A stretch of DNA of 64,000 nt from Candidatus Limnocylindrales bacterium (lineage in GTDB: Bacteria; Chloroflexota; Limnocylindria; Limnocylindrales; CSP1-4), in assembly GCA_038245515.1 (NCBI GenBank), contig JBBRSJ010000003.1, positions 25,921-89,920 of the forward strand. The letters run 5' to 3'. A model generated the notes under the pieces. It was not told the DNA's origin and made no database searches. It worked only from the letters and a program-made list of their open reading frames with translations. The translations under genes were made by a program, and so were the position numbers. Shown here in pieces: positions 19,611 through 28,365 of the stretch (its first letter is position 1; every line of letters begins with the position of its first letter).

Positions 19611-21152
19611 ATGACGTCCGCCCGGGAGCCTGCCCACCCGATCAGGACCGCCGCGATCGCGAATCTCGGCTGCAAGGTCAACCAGGCCGAGATGGAGGGC
19701 GCGGCGCGCCGACTCCGCGAGCACGGAATCGCGGTCGTCGACGGCGACCGGCCGGCGGATCTCGTCCTGGTCAACACGTGTACGGTGACCGCCGAGGCTG
19801 ACGCGAAGTCGCGCCACGCCGTCCGCCGCGCGCGGCGGGTCAGCCCGGACGCGGCTGTCATCGTGACCGGCTGCTCGGTCCAGGTCGGTCGGGAGGCGTT
19901 CGCGACCGCGGATCCCGACGCCCGCCTCGTCGACAACCGGGCGAAGGACGCTCTCCTCGCAGAGCTCGACGACCTACTGGGTCCGGGGTCGGACGCGGCG
20001 GCCGGTCGTTCGTTCGTCGGACGCGCGTTGCCGACCCTGTCCGGCGTGGACACGGTCGCGGCGCCTGCGGTCTCGATCGACGGGATCGCAGACGGCCGGG
20101 CATCGATCGAGCGGACGCGGGCGTTCGTGAAGGTCCAGGATGGCTGCTCGTTCTTCTGCACCTACTGCATCATCCCGGCCGCTCGCGGCCCGGAGCGGAG
20201 CCTGCCACCCGACGTCGTGCTCGCGGACATCCGCCGTGCGCTCGCCGCTGGCCATCGCGAGATCGTCCTGACCGGGATCAACATCGGGACGTACGACGGC
20301 GGCTGGTCCGAGCGCGGGTTCCGCGGCTCCCACGTCCGCTCGGCGCTGACCCTTGCCGGGCTGGTCGGCCGGATCCTCGACGAGACGACGGTGGAGCGGA
20401 TCCGGCTGTCCTCGATCGAGCCGCAGCACGTCGACGACGAGCTGCTCCGCGTCTGGGTCGATGGAGCACCGCGGACGCTGCCCCATCTCCACCTGCCACT
20501 CCAGTCCGGGGACGACGGCGTGCTCCGACGAATGGGTCGGCGCTACGTCGGCGCCGACTACGCCGACGTCGTCCGGCGGGCGCGAGCGGCGATCCCGGGT
20601 CTCGCCGTCCACGGCGACGCGATCGTCGGGTTCCCCACAGAGGATGAGGCCTCATGGCAGCGATCCCTCGCGTTCATCCGGACGATCGCATTCGCCGGGC
20701 TCCACGTCTTCCGCTACTCGGCCCGGCCGGGAACCGCCGCGACCCGGATGGCCGACCAGGTCGACGAGGCGACGAAGAAGCGCCGCGCCGCGGAGCTGCT
20801 CGGCCTGGCCGGCGACGCGCGGGCTACCTGGGCCGCCGGACGGGTCGGGTCGACCGCGGATGTTCTCCTCGAGCGCCGTCTCGATGACGGGCGCTGGGTC
20901 GGCCATGCCGCCGATCACACCGTCGTCGCGGCACCGGCCGCGGCGCGGGGTGCAGCTGCCCGCGCTGCATCGCTCGAGAACGCCATCGCCCGGGTCGCGA
21001 TCGACCACGTCGATGCGGCCGTGCGCGATCGCGTCGCCGGCCGCATCCTGTCGATCTCGCCGGGGCGCTGGCCAGCGCCGGCCGCCGGGGCGCCCGCGAT
21101 CCCGAGGGCGTCTTCGCCTGTTGAGCCTGGAGTCCTCGTCGATGCCCGCTGA
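19611..21152 (+). CDS. mtaB: tRNA (t6A37) methylthiotransferase MtaB (radical SAM MTTase)
   Basis: N-terminal MTTase domain IANLGCKVNQAEMEG and radical-SAM cluster VQDGCSFFCTYCIIPAARG. Its position after prmA matches Bacillus yqeV. Confidence 0.85.
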   Translation: MTSAREPAHPIRTAAIANLGCKVNQAEMEGAARRLREHGIAVVDGDRPADLVLVNTCTVTAEADAKSRHAVRRARRVSPDAAVIVTGCSVQVGREAFATADPDARLVDNRAKDALLAELDDLLGPGSDAAAGRSFVGRALPTLSGVDTVAAPAVSIDGIADGRASIERTRAFVKVQDGCSFFCTYCIIPAARGPERSLPPDVVLADIRRALAAGHREIVLTGINIGTYDGGWSERGFRGSHVRSALTLAGLVGRILDETTVERIRLSSIEPQHVDDELLRVWVDGAPRTLPHLHLPLQSGDDGVLRRMGRRYVGADYADVVRRARAAIPGLAVHGDAIVGFPTEDEASWQRSLAFIRTIAFAGLHVFRYSARPGTAATRMADQVDEATKKRRAAELLGLAGDARATWAAGRVGSTADVLLERRLDDGRWVGHAADHTVVAAPAAARGAAARAASLENAIARVAIDHVDAAVRDRVAGRILSISPGRWPAPAAGAPAIPRASSPVEPGVLVDAR

Positions 21153-21507
21153 TCGCTCGTCGCGGCCCGATTGCCTGTTCTGCCGGATCGCCCGCGGCGA
21201 GCTTCCGGCTCGCAAGGCCGCCGAGGACGACCTGGTCGTCGCCTTCCACGACATCGCGCCGGGCAGCCCGACCCACGTCCTCGTGATCCCGAAGGCCCAC
21301 ATCGCCTCGGCCGCCGATCTGGTCGAGGAGGACGGGCAGCTCCTTGGCCGGATGTTCGCGACGCTCGCCGGGATCGCGCGCGACGCGGGCATCGAGGACG
21401 ACGGCTACCGGATCGTGAGCAACGTCGGTCGCTGGGGCGGCCAGACGGTCGACCATCTGCACCTCCATCTGATGGGTGGCCGGGCGTTCGAGTGGCCGCC
21501 GGGATGA
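21142..21507 (+). CDS. HIT-family (histidine triad) nucleotide hydrolase
   Basis: CLFCRIARGELPA.. and the HxHxHxx motif VDHLHLHLMGG. It overlaps the mtaB end by 11 nt. Confidence 0.88.
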   Translation: MPADRSSRPDCLFCRIARGELPARKAAEDDLVVAFHDIAPGSPTHVLVIPKAHIASAADLVEEDGQLLGRMFATLAGIARDAGIEDDGYRIVSNVGRWGGQTVDHLHLHLMGGRAFEWPPG

Positions 21508-22055
21508 GGGGCCTCGACCGGCGCGCGGTCGTACTCGTGATCGGCACGGTTCTCTCGACCGCGCTCGCCGGCTGCGGGGTCGGGGCGGACTCGCGGCCTG
21601 CCTCGTTCCCGGTCGAGACGGTCGGGCCGGCGGCGACGACCGGCCCGGCGACGGGCCAGACGCGAGGCGTGATCGCGGCGGCCCTGTCGTCGGTGGCGGT
21701 CCAGTTCGGAGACGCGACGCGACCCTACCTGCCGCCCGAGTCGGCCCGCCTCCGGGGCGCGCCGCGGTCCGTGTTCCAGGTCGTCCTGCCCGACCAGCCG
21801 GACGCCGGCTTCGTCGTCGTGTACGAATTCCGGGACGCTGCCGCGGCGGTCGACGCCGGCAACGAGGAGGCGGGCTTTCTCGGCACGGGACCGGCCAAGG
21901 TCCAGTTCCCGCTCGGGACCGAGCACGTACTGCGGGCCATCGGGCCGACGCTGATCTTGCTCTCGTGGCTGCCGTCGGCCTCCTCGGATCCGACCGCAGG
22001 GAAGGTCGCCGCGGCCCTCGGGACGATCGGCATCGGGTTCGCCGTTCCGCGCTAG
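21504..22055 (+). CDS. hypothetical lipoprotein
   Basis: The ATG overlaps the HIT stop (ATGA). A signal peptide with lipobox LSTALAGC is present. I recognise no family. Confidence 0.55.
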   Translation: MRGLDRRAVVLVIGTVLSTALAGCGVGADSRPASFPVETVGPAATTGPATGQTRGVIAAALSSVAVQFGDATRPYLPPESARLRGAPRSVFQVVLPDQPDAGFVVVYEFRDAAAAVDAGNEEAGFLGTGPAKVQFPLGTEHVLRAIGPTLILLSWLPSASSDPTAGKVAAALGTIGIGFAVPR

Positions 22056-23722
22056 AAGGCCGCGGTGGCGTCCCCGGCGGCGTCCCCGGAGGCTGCCCGT
22101 GAACCCGCGTCCGCCCAGGCCCGGATCGGGTCTCGCCGGATCTTCAGGGTGTGGGTTCGCGGGAAGTCTTCGTCGGGCCAGAAACGCCACGCCGCGATCC
22201 GCTGCTGGGGCCCGAGCGCCGCATTCGCCGTGCGAACGGCGGCATCGACGATCGGCCGGGCCGCGTCCTCGGTCGCGGCGTCTACGACGCTCCGCAGGAC
22301 GACCGCCTCGATCCGACCCGGCGCGGGCTCGATCACGATCGCGTCGCGGACCCCGGCGACGCGGAGCGCGTTCTCGATGTCCTCGGGATAGACCTTGAAG
22401 CCGTTCGGCAGCACGATCCTGTCCTTCGTCCGGCCGCTGAGAATGAGCCGGCCGCCCGGATCGAGCTGGCCGATGTCGCCGGTGTGATACCAGCCGTCCG
22501 GGTCGATCGCGCGGGCGGTCGCCTCCGGATCGTCCCAGTAGCCCTTGAAGAGGGTCGGACCGCGGAAGAGGACCTCGCCATCCTCGGAGATCGACAGCTC
22601 GACCGGCGGCATCGGCCGGCCGACCGTGCCCAGCCCATGATCCTGCGGCGTCGTGCATGTCCCGAAGCCGTTCTCGCTGCTGCCGTAGCCCTGGACGACG
22701 ACGACGCCGACGTCCTCCCATGCCTGCTGGAGGGCGGGCGGCAGGAACGCGCCGGAGGACACGAACAGGCGCAGGCCGCCCCCGAGCCGGCCATGGACGC
22801 TCCGGAACATGAGGCGCCGGAGGCGGTAGGAGAGGTGGCGGGCCATGCGGCGGACACGATCGAACCTGGCGCGCTGGCCCGAGCGGTCGGCCTCGCGCTC
22901 GATCGCGGTCCAGAACAGGTCGAGCACCTGGGGGACGACGATCATGCTCGTCACCTGGTGGGCCCGGAGCGCGGCGAAGAGGACGCGCGGGTTGCGGCTC
23001 CGGACGTACAGGATGTCGGCGCCGACGCTCAGCGCGTAGATCAGCCCGATCGCCTGCTCGAACAGGTGGCTCAGCGGGAGGAGGCTGACGATGCGATGCT
23101 CGAGTGGCGGGAGGACGTGGTCGATCGCCCCGAGCGTGGCCAGCAGATTGTCATGGGCAACCATGACGCCCTTCGGCCTGCCGGTCGTGCCCGAGGTGAA
23201 GATCAGGTCCCAGATGTCCTCGGGTCGCGGTCGGGGCCAAGCCTCCACGGTGGCTGCCCAGTCCCCGGGGAAGGTCGCGTCGGGGTCGGCGACGAGCGCG
23301 GCGACGGTTGTCGTCGGGAAGTCGGCGAGCCCTGCGCTCGCCGGGTCGGGCGCGTCGCGACCCGTGCCGAGGATGAGATGCCGCGGAGCGGCTCGCCCGA
23401 GGATGCCCGCGATCGCATCCGGGCTCATCCGGAGATCGAGCGGAACCAGGACCAGGCCGGCCCGCATCGCGCCGATGTAGACCGCGGGCAGGGCCGGCTC
23501 CGACGGGCTCCAGGTCAGGATCCGGTCACCAGGTTCGAGGCCGAGCTGCGTTCGGAGCCGCCAGGCGGCGAGCCGGCTGCGGCGGTCGAGCTCGCGGTAG
23601 GTCCAGGTGTCGCGGGTCCCGTCCTCGTGCCACAGCCCGACCGCCGGCCGGTCCGCAAAGCGCGTGAGAGCGCGATCGAGCAAGTCGAGGAGAGTCTTCG
23701 GCTCGGTGAGGTCGGGCGGCAT
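22052..23722 (-). CDS. AMP-dependent acyl-CoA synthetase/ligase (long-chain fatty-acid-CoA ligase-like)
   Basis: 556 aa with the AMP-binding motif IFTSGTTGRPKGVM and a later YHTGDIG..GRTKDRI. Confidence 0.88.
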   Translation of the reverse strand: MPPDLTEPKTLLDLLDRALTRFADRPAVGLWHEDGTRDTWTYRELDRRSRLAAWRLRTQLGLEPGDRILTWSPSEPALPAVYIGAMRAGLVLVPLDLRMSPDAIAGILGRAAPRHLILGTGRDAPDPASAGLADFPTTTVAALVADPDATFPGDWAATVEAWPRPRPEDIWDLIFTSGTTGRPKGVMVAHDNLLATLGAIDHVLPPLEHRIVSLLPLSHLFEQAIGLIYALSVGADILYVRSRNPRVLFAALRAHQVTSMIVVPQVLDLFWTAIEREADRSGQRARFDRVRRMARHLSYRLRRLMFRSVHGRLGGGLRLFVSSGAFLPPALQQAWEDVGVVVVQGYGSSENGFGTCTTPQDHGLGTVGRPMPPVELSISEDGEVLFRGPTLFKGYWDDPEATARAIDPDGWYHTGDIGQLDPGGRLILSGRTKDRIVLPNGFKVYPEDIENALRVAGVRDAIVIEPAPGRIEAVVLRSVVDAATEDAARPIVDAAVRTANAALGPQQRIAAWRFWPDEDFPRTHTLKIRRDPIRAWADAGSRAASGDAAGDATAAF

Positions 23723-23777
23723 CGTTGAGCGATGGTAAAGGCGAAGATCAGCGGCAGTGCAGCCGCCGCCGGCTCGA

Positions 23778-23806
23778 TTGACCGGCCTCGGGTGCTCGGC
23801 TATGCT
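23778..23806 (+). promoter_or_regulatory. sigma-70-type promoter upstream of rpsU
   Basis: TTGACC, a 17-nt spacer, then TATGCT. This would give a 5' UTR of about 100 nt before the rpsU start. Confidence 0.5.
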
Positions 23807-23907
23807 CCGCCAGCCCTGTCGCCGCGTGGTGACGGGCGATCCGCGTCGCCGTCGGCTCCGCGCGAACGGATGGACACGAGACCCGAGCCAGGGGAGGTGA
23901 ACCGGGA

Positions 23908-24093
23908 TTGGCAGAAGTCCGAGTGGGTGAGAACGAGACGTTCGAGAGCGCCCTGCGCCGCTTCAACAAGAAGATCCAGCAGTCCGGCATCCTCGCCGAG
24001 GCTCGCCGCCGCGAGCATTACGAGAAGCCGAGCGTGAAGCGGAAGCGCAAGGAAGCGAAGCGCAAGAAGAACGCCCGCACGCAGGTCGGCTGA
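23908..24093 (+). CDS. rpsU: 30S ribosomal protein S21
   Basis: 61 aa: ..[46 protein letters not shown] start, preceded by GGGGAGG. Confidence 0.9.
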   Translation: MAEVRVGENETFESALRRFNKKIQQSGILAEARRREHYEKPSVKRKRKEAKRKKNARTQVG

Positions 24094-24212
24094 GTCGCAG
24101 CCGGAGTCCGACGAACGTCGGTCCGGCCGCGCAACGACCCGCCCAGGGCGCTTCAGGTCCCGTCCACCGCTGACCCGGCGACGGACCCGACCCGCCCGAG
24201 GTAGCCATTCCG

Positions 24213-24719
24213 GTGTCCCTTCGAGATCGGATCCAGACCGACGTCACCGCCGCGATGCGGTCCGGTGATTCGCTGCGTCGCGATGTCCTGCGGATGGCCC
24301 AGAACGCCGTCTACAGCGTCGAGAAGCGGGAGCGTCGCGAGCCGTCCGACGACGACGTCGCCACGATCCTGTCGCGCGAGGTCAAGACCCGGCGCGAGTC
24401 GATCGACGCGTTCCGCAAGGGCGGCCGCGAGGACCTCGCCGCGAAAGAAGAGTCCGAGATCGCGATCCTGTCGGAATACCTGCCCGAGCAACTCGACGAC
24501 GCGGTCATCGGCGCGCTGGTCGACGAGGCCGTCGCGGCCACCGGCGCCAGCAGCGCCCGCGACATGGGCAAGGTGATGGGCTGGCTGTCGCCAAGGACGC
24601 GCGGCCGAGCCGACGGCAAGCGCGTCGCCGAGTTGGTCGCCCAGGCCCTCGCACGGGCCGACTTGGCCGGCCACGACGCGACAGCCCCGAACGGGGCCGG
24701 TCCACGCGGGGCGGGCTGA
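24213..24719 (+). CDS. yqeY: GatB/YqeY domain-containing protein
   Basis: LRDRIQTDVTAAMRSGD..LRMAQNAV...EIAILSEYLPEQL...MGKVMGWL is typical of YqeY. It follows rpsU as in Bacillus. Confidence 0.85.
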   Translation: MSLRDRIQTDVTAAMRSGDSLRRDVLRMAQNAVYSVEKRERREPSDDDVATILSREVKTRRESIDAFRKGGREDLAAKEESEIAILSEYLPEQLDDAVIGALVDEAVAATGASSARDMGKVMGWLSPRTRGRADGKRVAELVAQALARADLAGHDATAPNGAGPRGAG

Positions 24720-24728
24720 CCCGACGCC

Positions 24729-26888
24729 ATGTTGACCCAGCGTGCCGTGAACGCCAGCGCGGCCTTCACCCGACGTGACCTGACTCGCCTGATCGTCGGG
24801 GCGACGGTCCTGATCGTCGCGATGACGGCGATCTTCGCCCTCGACCTTCTGCCCCAACGCCTCGACATCAAGGTCGGAGACGTGGCCGGCAGCGATATTG
24901 TCGCGCCACGCGCGGCGTCGTACGTCAGCCAGGTTGCGACCGAGAAGGCGCGCGCCGATGCCCGCAACGCGGTCGCCGACGTGTACGACTATCCGGCTCG
25001 GGTCCAGGGGCCGAACCCGATCCCGCAGGTCCAGGCCGGGCAGTTCGTTCGTCGCGTCCAGCCGATCGACGACGCGTTCAAGCCGGGGGTCAAGCCGGCC
25101 AACAAGAACGCGCTCCTCGCGTCGGTCGACGGGCTGGATCCGGCCACTCGGCTGACCCTCGCCGGCCTGACCGCCGATCGCTGGAAGCAGGTCCGGGCCG
25201 AAGCGTCGCGGGTCCTCGACCAGACCGAGGGCGTCGAGCTCGTCGAGAGCAAGGTCGACCAGGTCCGGAGCTCGCTTCGCAACGACGTTGCAGGCGGGCT
25301 CGAGCCCGACGAGCGGACGCTCGCTGCCCAGCTCATCTCGCCGCTCGTCGTCGCCAACTCGTTCTACAGCCTCGACTTGACGACCGTGGCCCGGGCGAAG
25401 GCCGCCAACGCCGTCCCGGACTTGATGGCCAACTACGCCCAGAACCAGACGATCGTCGGGCGCGGCCAGGTGGTGACACCCGAGGCGTTCGAGGCGATCG
25501 AGCAGTTCGGCCTGCTCGACGCACGGCCCGATGTCGCCCGGCTCGGCGGCTGGTTCCTGCTGTCGGTCCTGATCGTCGGGATCCTTCTCGGCTGGGTCTG
25601 GCGATTCCGACGCCAGCTCTGGCATCGCACGAACGCGCTCGTCCTCATTGGCCTGATCGTCCTCGGGATCACGCTCCTGCTGAAGCTGACCGCGGGCCGT
25701 GCCGGGTTGCCGTTCATCCTGCCGACTGCGGCGGCCGGGATGCTCCTCGCGATCCTGCTCGACGCGGGCGTGGCGACGCTCGTGCTCGCGATGATCGCCC
25801 TGATCGGCGGCGCGGTGAACGGCAATCTGCTGGAGCTGGCCGTTTACATCTTCCTCGGCGGCATGGCCGGGATCGTCGGGATCCGACGCGGCGATCGCTT
25901 CCAGGTCTTCATCCAGGCCGGCCTCGCGGTCGCCATCGTCAACGTCCTGGTCGTGGCGATCTACGGGTTCCTCGGCGCTCACGACGCCCGCGGCGTCATC
26001 GAGCTGATGGGCGCGTCGCTGCTGTCGGCGGCCGGGTCGTCGATCGCCGCGGTCGGATCGTTCGCGGTGCTCGGCAGCGTGTTCGGGATCTTGACCGTAT
26101 TCCAGCTGCTGGAGCTCGCGAACCCATCGCAGCCGCTCCTCCGTCGCCTCCTCGTCGAGACGCCGGGCACGTACCACCACTCGCTGATGGTGGGCAACCT
26201 CGCCGAGCGCGCGGCCGAGGCGATCGGCGCCGATCCGCTCATCACTCGCGTCGCCGCCTACTACCACGACATCGGCAAGCTCGCGAACCCGCTCGCGTTC
26301 ATCGAGAACCAGGCCGGCGGGGAGAATGTCCACGATCAGCTCGACCCCGAGATGTCGGCCCAGGTCCTCAAGCAGCACACCGCGGACGGGATCGACATCG
26401 CGTACAAGGCGCGCCTGCCGAAAAGCCTGATCGCGTTCATCCCGCAGCACCACGGGACGGCGATCATGAGCTACTTCTACGCCCGGGCGAAGGGCATCGC
26501 GGCCGAGCCGTACGGCGGGCCGCAGACCCCCGATGGGGAGCGCGCCGCGGCCACGGTCGACGAGCGCAAGTTCCGCCATTCCGGGCCGAAGCCGCAGACA
26601 CGCGAGGCGGCCCTGATCATGCTCGCCGACGGGGTCGAGGCCTCCGTGCGGTCGCTCGCCTCTCGCGACGAGCCGGCGATCCGGGCGATGGTGGCCCGGA
26701 TCATCGACGAGCGGATGGCGGACGGCCAGTTCGACGAATGCGACCTGACGCTGCGCGACGTGGAGAAGATCAAGGAGGCGTTCGTGCAGCAGCTCCTCGG
26801 CATGTACCACCAGCGGATCGCGTACCCCCAGAACAAGGTGGTCGAGCTCGAGTCGCGGCGTGGGACGGGTACCGGCACGGGCGCGTGA
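24729..26888 (+). CDS. pgpH: 7TM-receptor HD-domain phosphohydrolase (PgpH/YqfF-type HDIG protein)
   Basis: 719 aa comprising an extracellular region, 7 TM segments, then the HD domain YHHSLMVGNLAE..AAYYHDIGK. Confidence 0.85.
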   Translation: MLTQRAVNASAAFTRRDLTRLIVGATVLIVAMTAIFALDLLPQRLDIKVGDVAGSDIVAPRAASYVSQVATEKARADARNAVADVYDYPARVQGPNPIPQVQAGQFVRRVQPIDDAFKPGVKPANKNALLASVDGLDPATRLTLAGLTADRWKQVRAEASRVLDQTEGVELVESKVDQVRSSLRNDVAGGLEPDERTLAAQLISPLVVANSFYSLDLTTVARAKAANAVPDLMANYAQNQTIVGRGQVVTPEAFEAIEQFGLLDARPDVARLGGWFLLSVLIVGILLGWVWRFRRQLWHRTNALVLIGLIVLGITLLLKLTAGRAGLPFILPTAAAGMLLAILLDAGVATLVLAMIALIGGAVNGNLLELAVYIFLGGMAGIVGIRRGDRFQVFIQAGLAVAIVNVLVVAIYGFLGAHDARGVIELMGASLLSAAGSSIAAVGSFAVLGSVFGILTVFQLLELANPSQPLLRRLLVETPGTYHHSLMVGNLAERAAEAIGADPLITRVAAYYHDIGKLANPLAFIENQAGGENVHDQLDPEMSAQVLKQHTADGIDIAYKARLPKSLIAFIPQHHGTAIMSYFYARAKGIAAEPYGGPQTPDGERAAATVDERKFRHSGPKPQTREAALIMLADGVEASVRSLASRDEPAIRAMVARIIDERMADGQFDECDLTLRDVEKIKEAFVQQLLGMYHQRIAYPQNKVVELESRRGTGTGTGA

Positions 26889-26946
26889 TGCGCGCGGGCT
26901 CGATGCACGCTGCCGCAACCCGCCAGGTTGCGGACCCTCCAGGCCG

Positions 26947-27516
26947 ATGACCGCTACCTATCATGCCCCCTGGCGGATCGACGTCACGGTCCGCGACACC
27001 GTCGTCGACGCCCACGGCGGTCGACGGCCGGTGGCGGTGGCACCGCTCACCCGTGCGATTGCGGCGGCGCTCGACGCGGCCGGCGCCCCGTCCCCGGCGT
27101 CGATCGCGCTGATCCTGTCCGACGACGAGGAGCTGGCGTCGCTCAACGCCGAGCATCTCGGCCAACCGGGGGCGACCGATGTCCTGTCGTTCCCGCTCCT
27201 GCCACCCGCCGCGTTCGCCACCCACGACGGCGGGCCCGGCCGGGGCTTGCCGCTCGCCCCTGGCGCCGCCCTGTCGTTTCAGGGCCCGCCTGGTCGGCGG
27301 CTCCATCTCGGCGACATCGTGGTGTCGGTGGAGCGCGCCCGAGAGCAGGCCGAGGTGGGCCACGGCGGCCAGACCGGGGACGTCCGCTGGACGGCCGAGG
27401 ACGAGCTGCGGCTGCTCGTCACGCATGGGACGCTCCACATCTGCGGCTGGGATCACGCCGAGCCCGCCGAGGAGGAGGCGATGCGGGCCCTCGAGCAGAG
27501 GCTTCTCGCCGGCTGA
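26947..27516 (+). CDS. ybeY: rRNA maturation endoribonuclease YbeY
   Basis: The zinc motif HGTLHICGWDH (HGxLHLxGYDH) is present. The start is set at ATG 26947. Confidence 0.88.
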   Translation: MTATYHAPWRIDVTVRDTVVDAHGGRRPVAVAPLTRAIAAALDAAGAPSPASIALILSDDEELASLNAEHLGQPGATDVLSFPLLPPAAFATHDGGPGRGLPLAPGAALSFQGPPGRRLHLGDIVVSVERAREQAEVGHGGQTGDVRWTAEDELRLLVTHGTLHICGWDHAEPAEEEAMRALEQRLLAG

Positions 27517-27589
27517 GCGGCGCCGCCGGCGCCGGCGCGGCCCGTCGGGCCCCGGCGAGCCGACCGGTTCCTGTGCGGCTGATACCCTT

Positions 27590-27626
27590 CGAACGGGCCC
27601 TCCCGAGACGGGAACGGGCCCGTTCG
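27590..27626 (+). other. GC-rich stem-loop with nested palindrome between ybeY and pth
   Basis: CGAACGGGCCC (27590-27600) pairs perfectly with GGGCCCGTTCG (27616-27626). The right arm is itself part of the 14-nt perfect palindrome GAACGGGCCCGTTC (27612-27625). Confidence 0.5.
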
Positions 27627-27678
27627 GCGTGGATTCCACGCGGACGGGATTGGGTGCCGCTTGCGCCCGGGAGCACGA

Positions 27679-28365
27679 GTGAAGATCGTCGTCGGCCTGG
27701 GCAATCCGGGCGCGCAGTACGAGAAGACCCGCCACAACATCGGCTGGATGGTCCTGGACCAGATGGCCGATCGCGCCGGCTGGACGGGAAAAGGCCGGAC
27801 CCGCGACGCGGCGGCAGTCGCGATGGGCCGGTTCAAGGGTCTCGACCTGACCCTTGTCAGGCCGCTCACCTTCATGAACGACTCCGGCTTGGCCGTGCGG
27901 AAGGTTCTGGCCCGCGAGCACGCTCCGCTGAGCGACCTCCTCATCGTCGCCGACGATTTCGCCCTGCCCTTCGGCAAGCTCCGCTTCCGCGAGAACGGCG
28001 GGTCGGGCGGCCACAACGGCCTCGGCTCGATCATCGACGAGTTGCACACCGAGAAGTTCAGCCGCCTCCGGGTCGGCATCGGCACGCCGGAGCGCGGCTT
28101 CATTGACCACGTCCTCGCGCCCTTCCAGGCGGACGAGCGACAGCGTCTCGACGCTCTCCTCGAGGCCGCCGCCGACGCGATCGAGGAATGGGCCCGCCAC
28201 GGGACCTCGAAGGCGGCGAACCGCTTCAACATGTTCGAGCTTCGGCCCGCCGACGAGGCCCGCGTCGCGCCGGCCGGCGACGTCGACGGACCGCCCGATT
28301 CACAGGGCGTCCGGCGGACGAGGACCGGCTGGCGGAAGGTCCTTCGGCGCGAGGACGACGAATGA
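27679..28365 (+). CDS. pth: peptidyl-tRNA hydrolase
   Basis: VKIVVGLGNPGAQYEKTRHNIGW.., with a ~40-aa C-terminal extension. GTG start at 27679. Confidence 0.92.
   Translation: MKIVVGLGNPGAQYEKTRHNIGWMVLDQMADRAGWTGKGRTRDAAAVAMGRFKGLDLTLVRPLTFMNDSGLAVRKVLAREHAPLSDLLIVADDFALPFGKLRFRENGGSGGHNGLGSIIDELHTEKFSRLRVGIGTPERGFIDHVLAPFQADERQRLDALLEAAADAIEEWARHGTSKAANRFNMFELRPADEARVAPAGDVDGPPDSQGVRRTRTGWRKVLRREDDE

Noticed and set aside
24153-26918. 921-aa ORF on the minus strand.
   Set aside because: It lies exactly antisense to the well-supported pgpH gene. Its translation is R/G/D/P/E-rich low complexity with no motifs. This is the typical stop-codon-poor shadow frame of GC-rich DNA.
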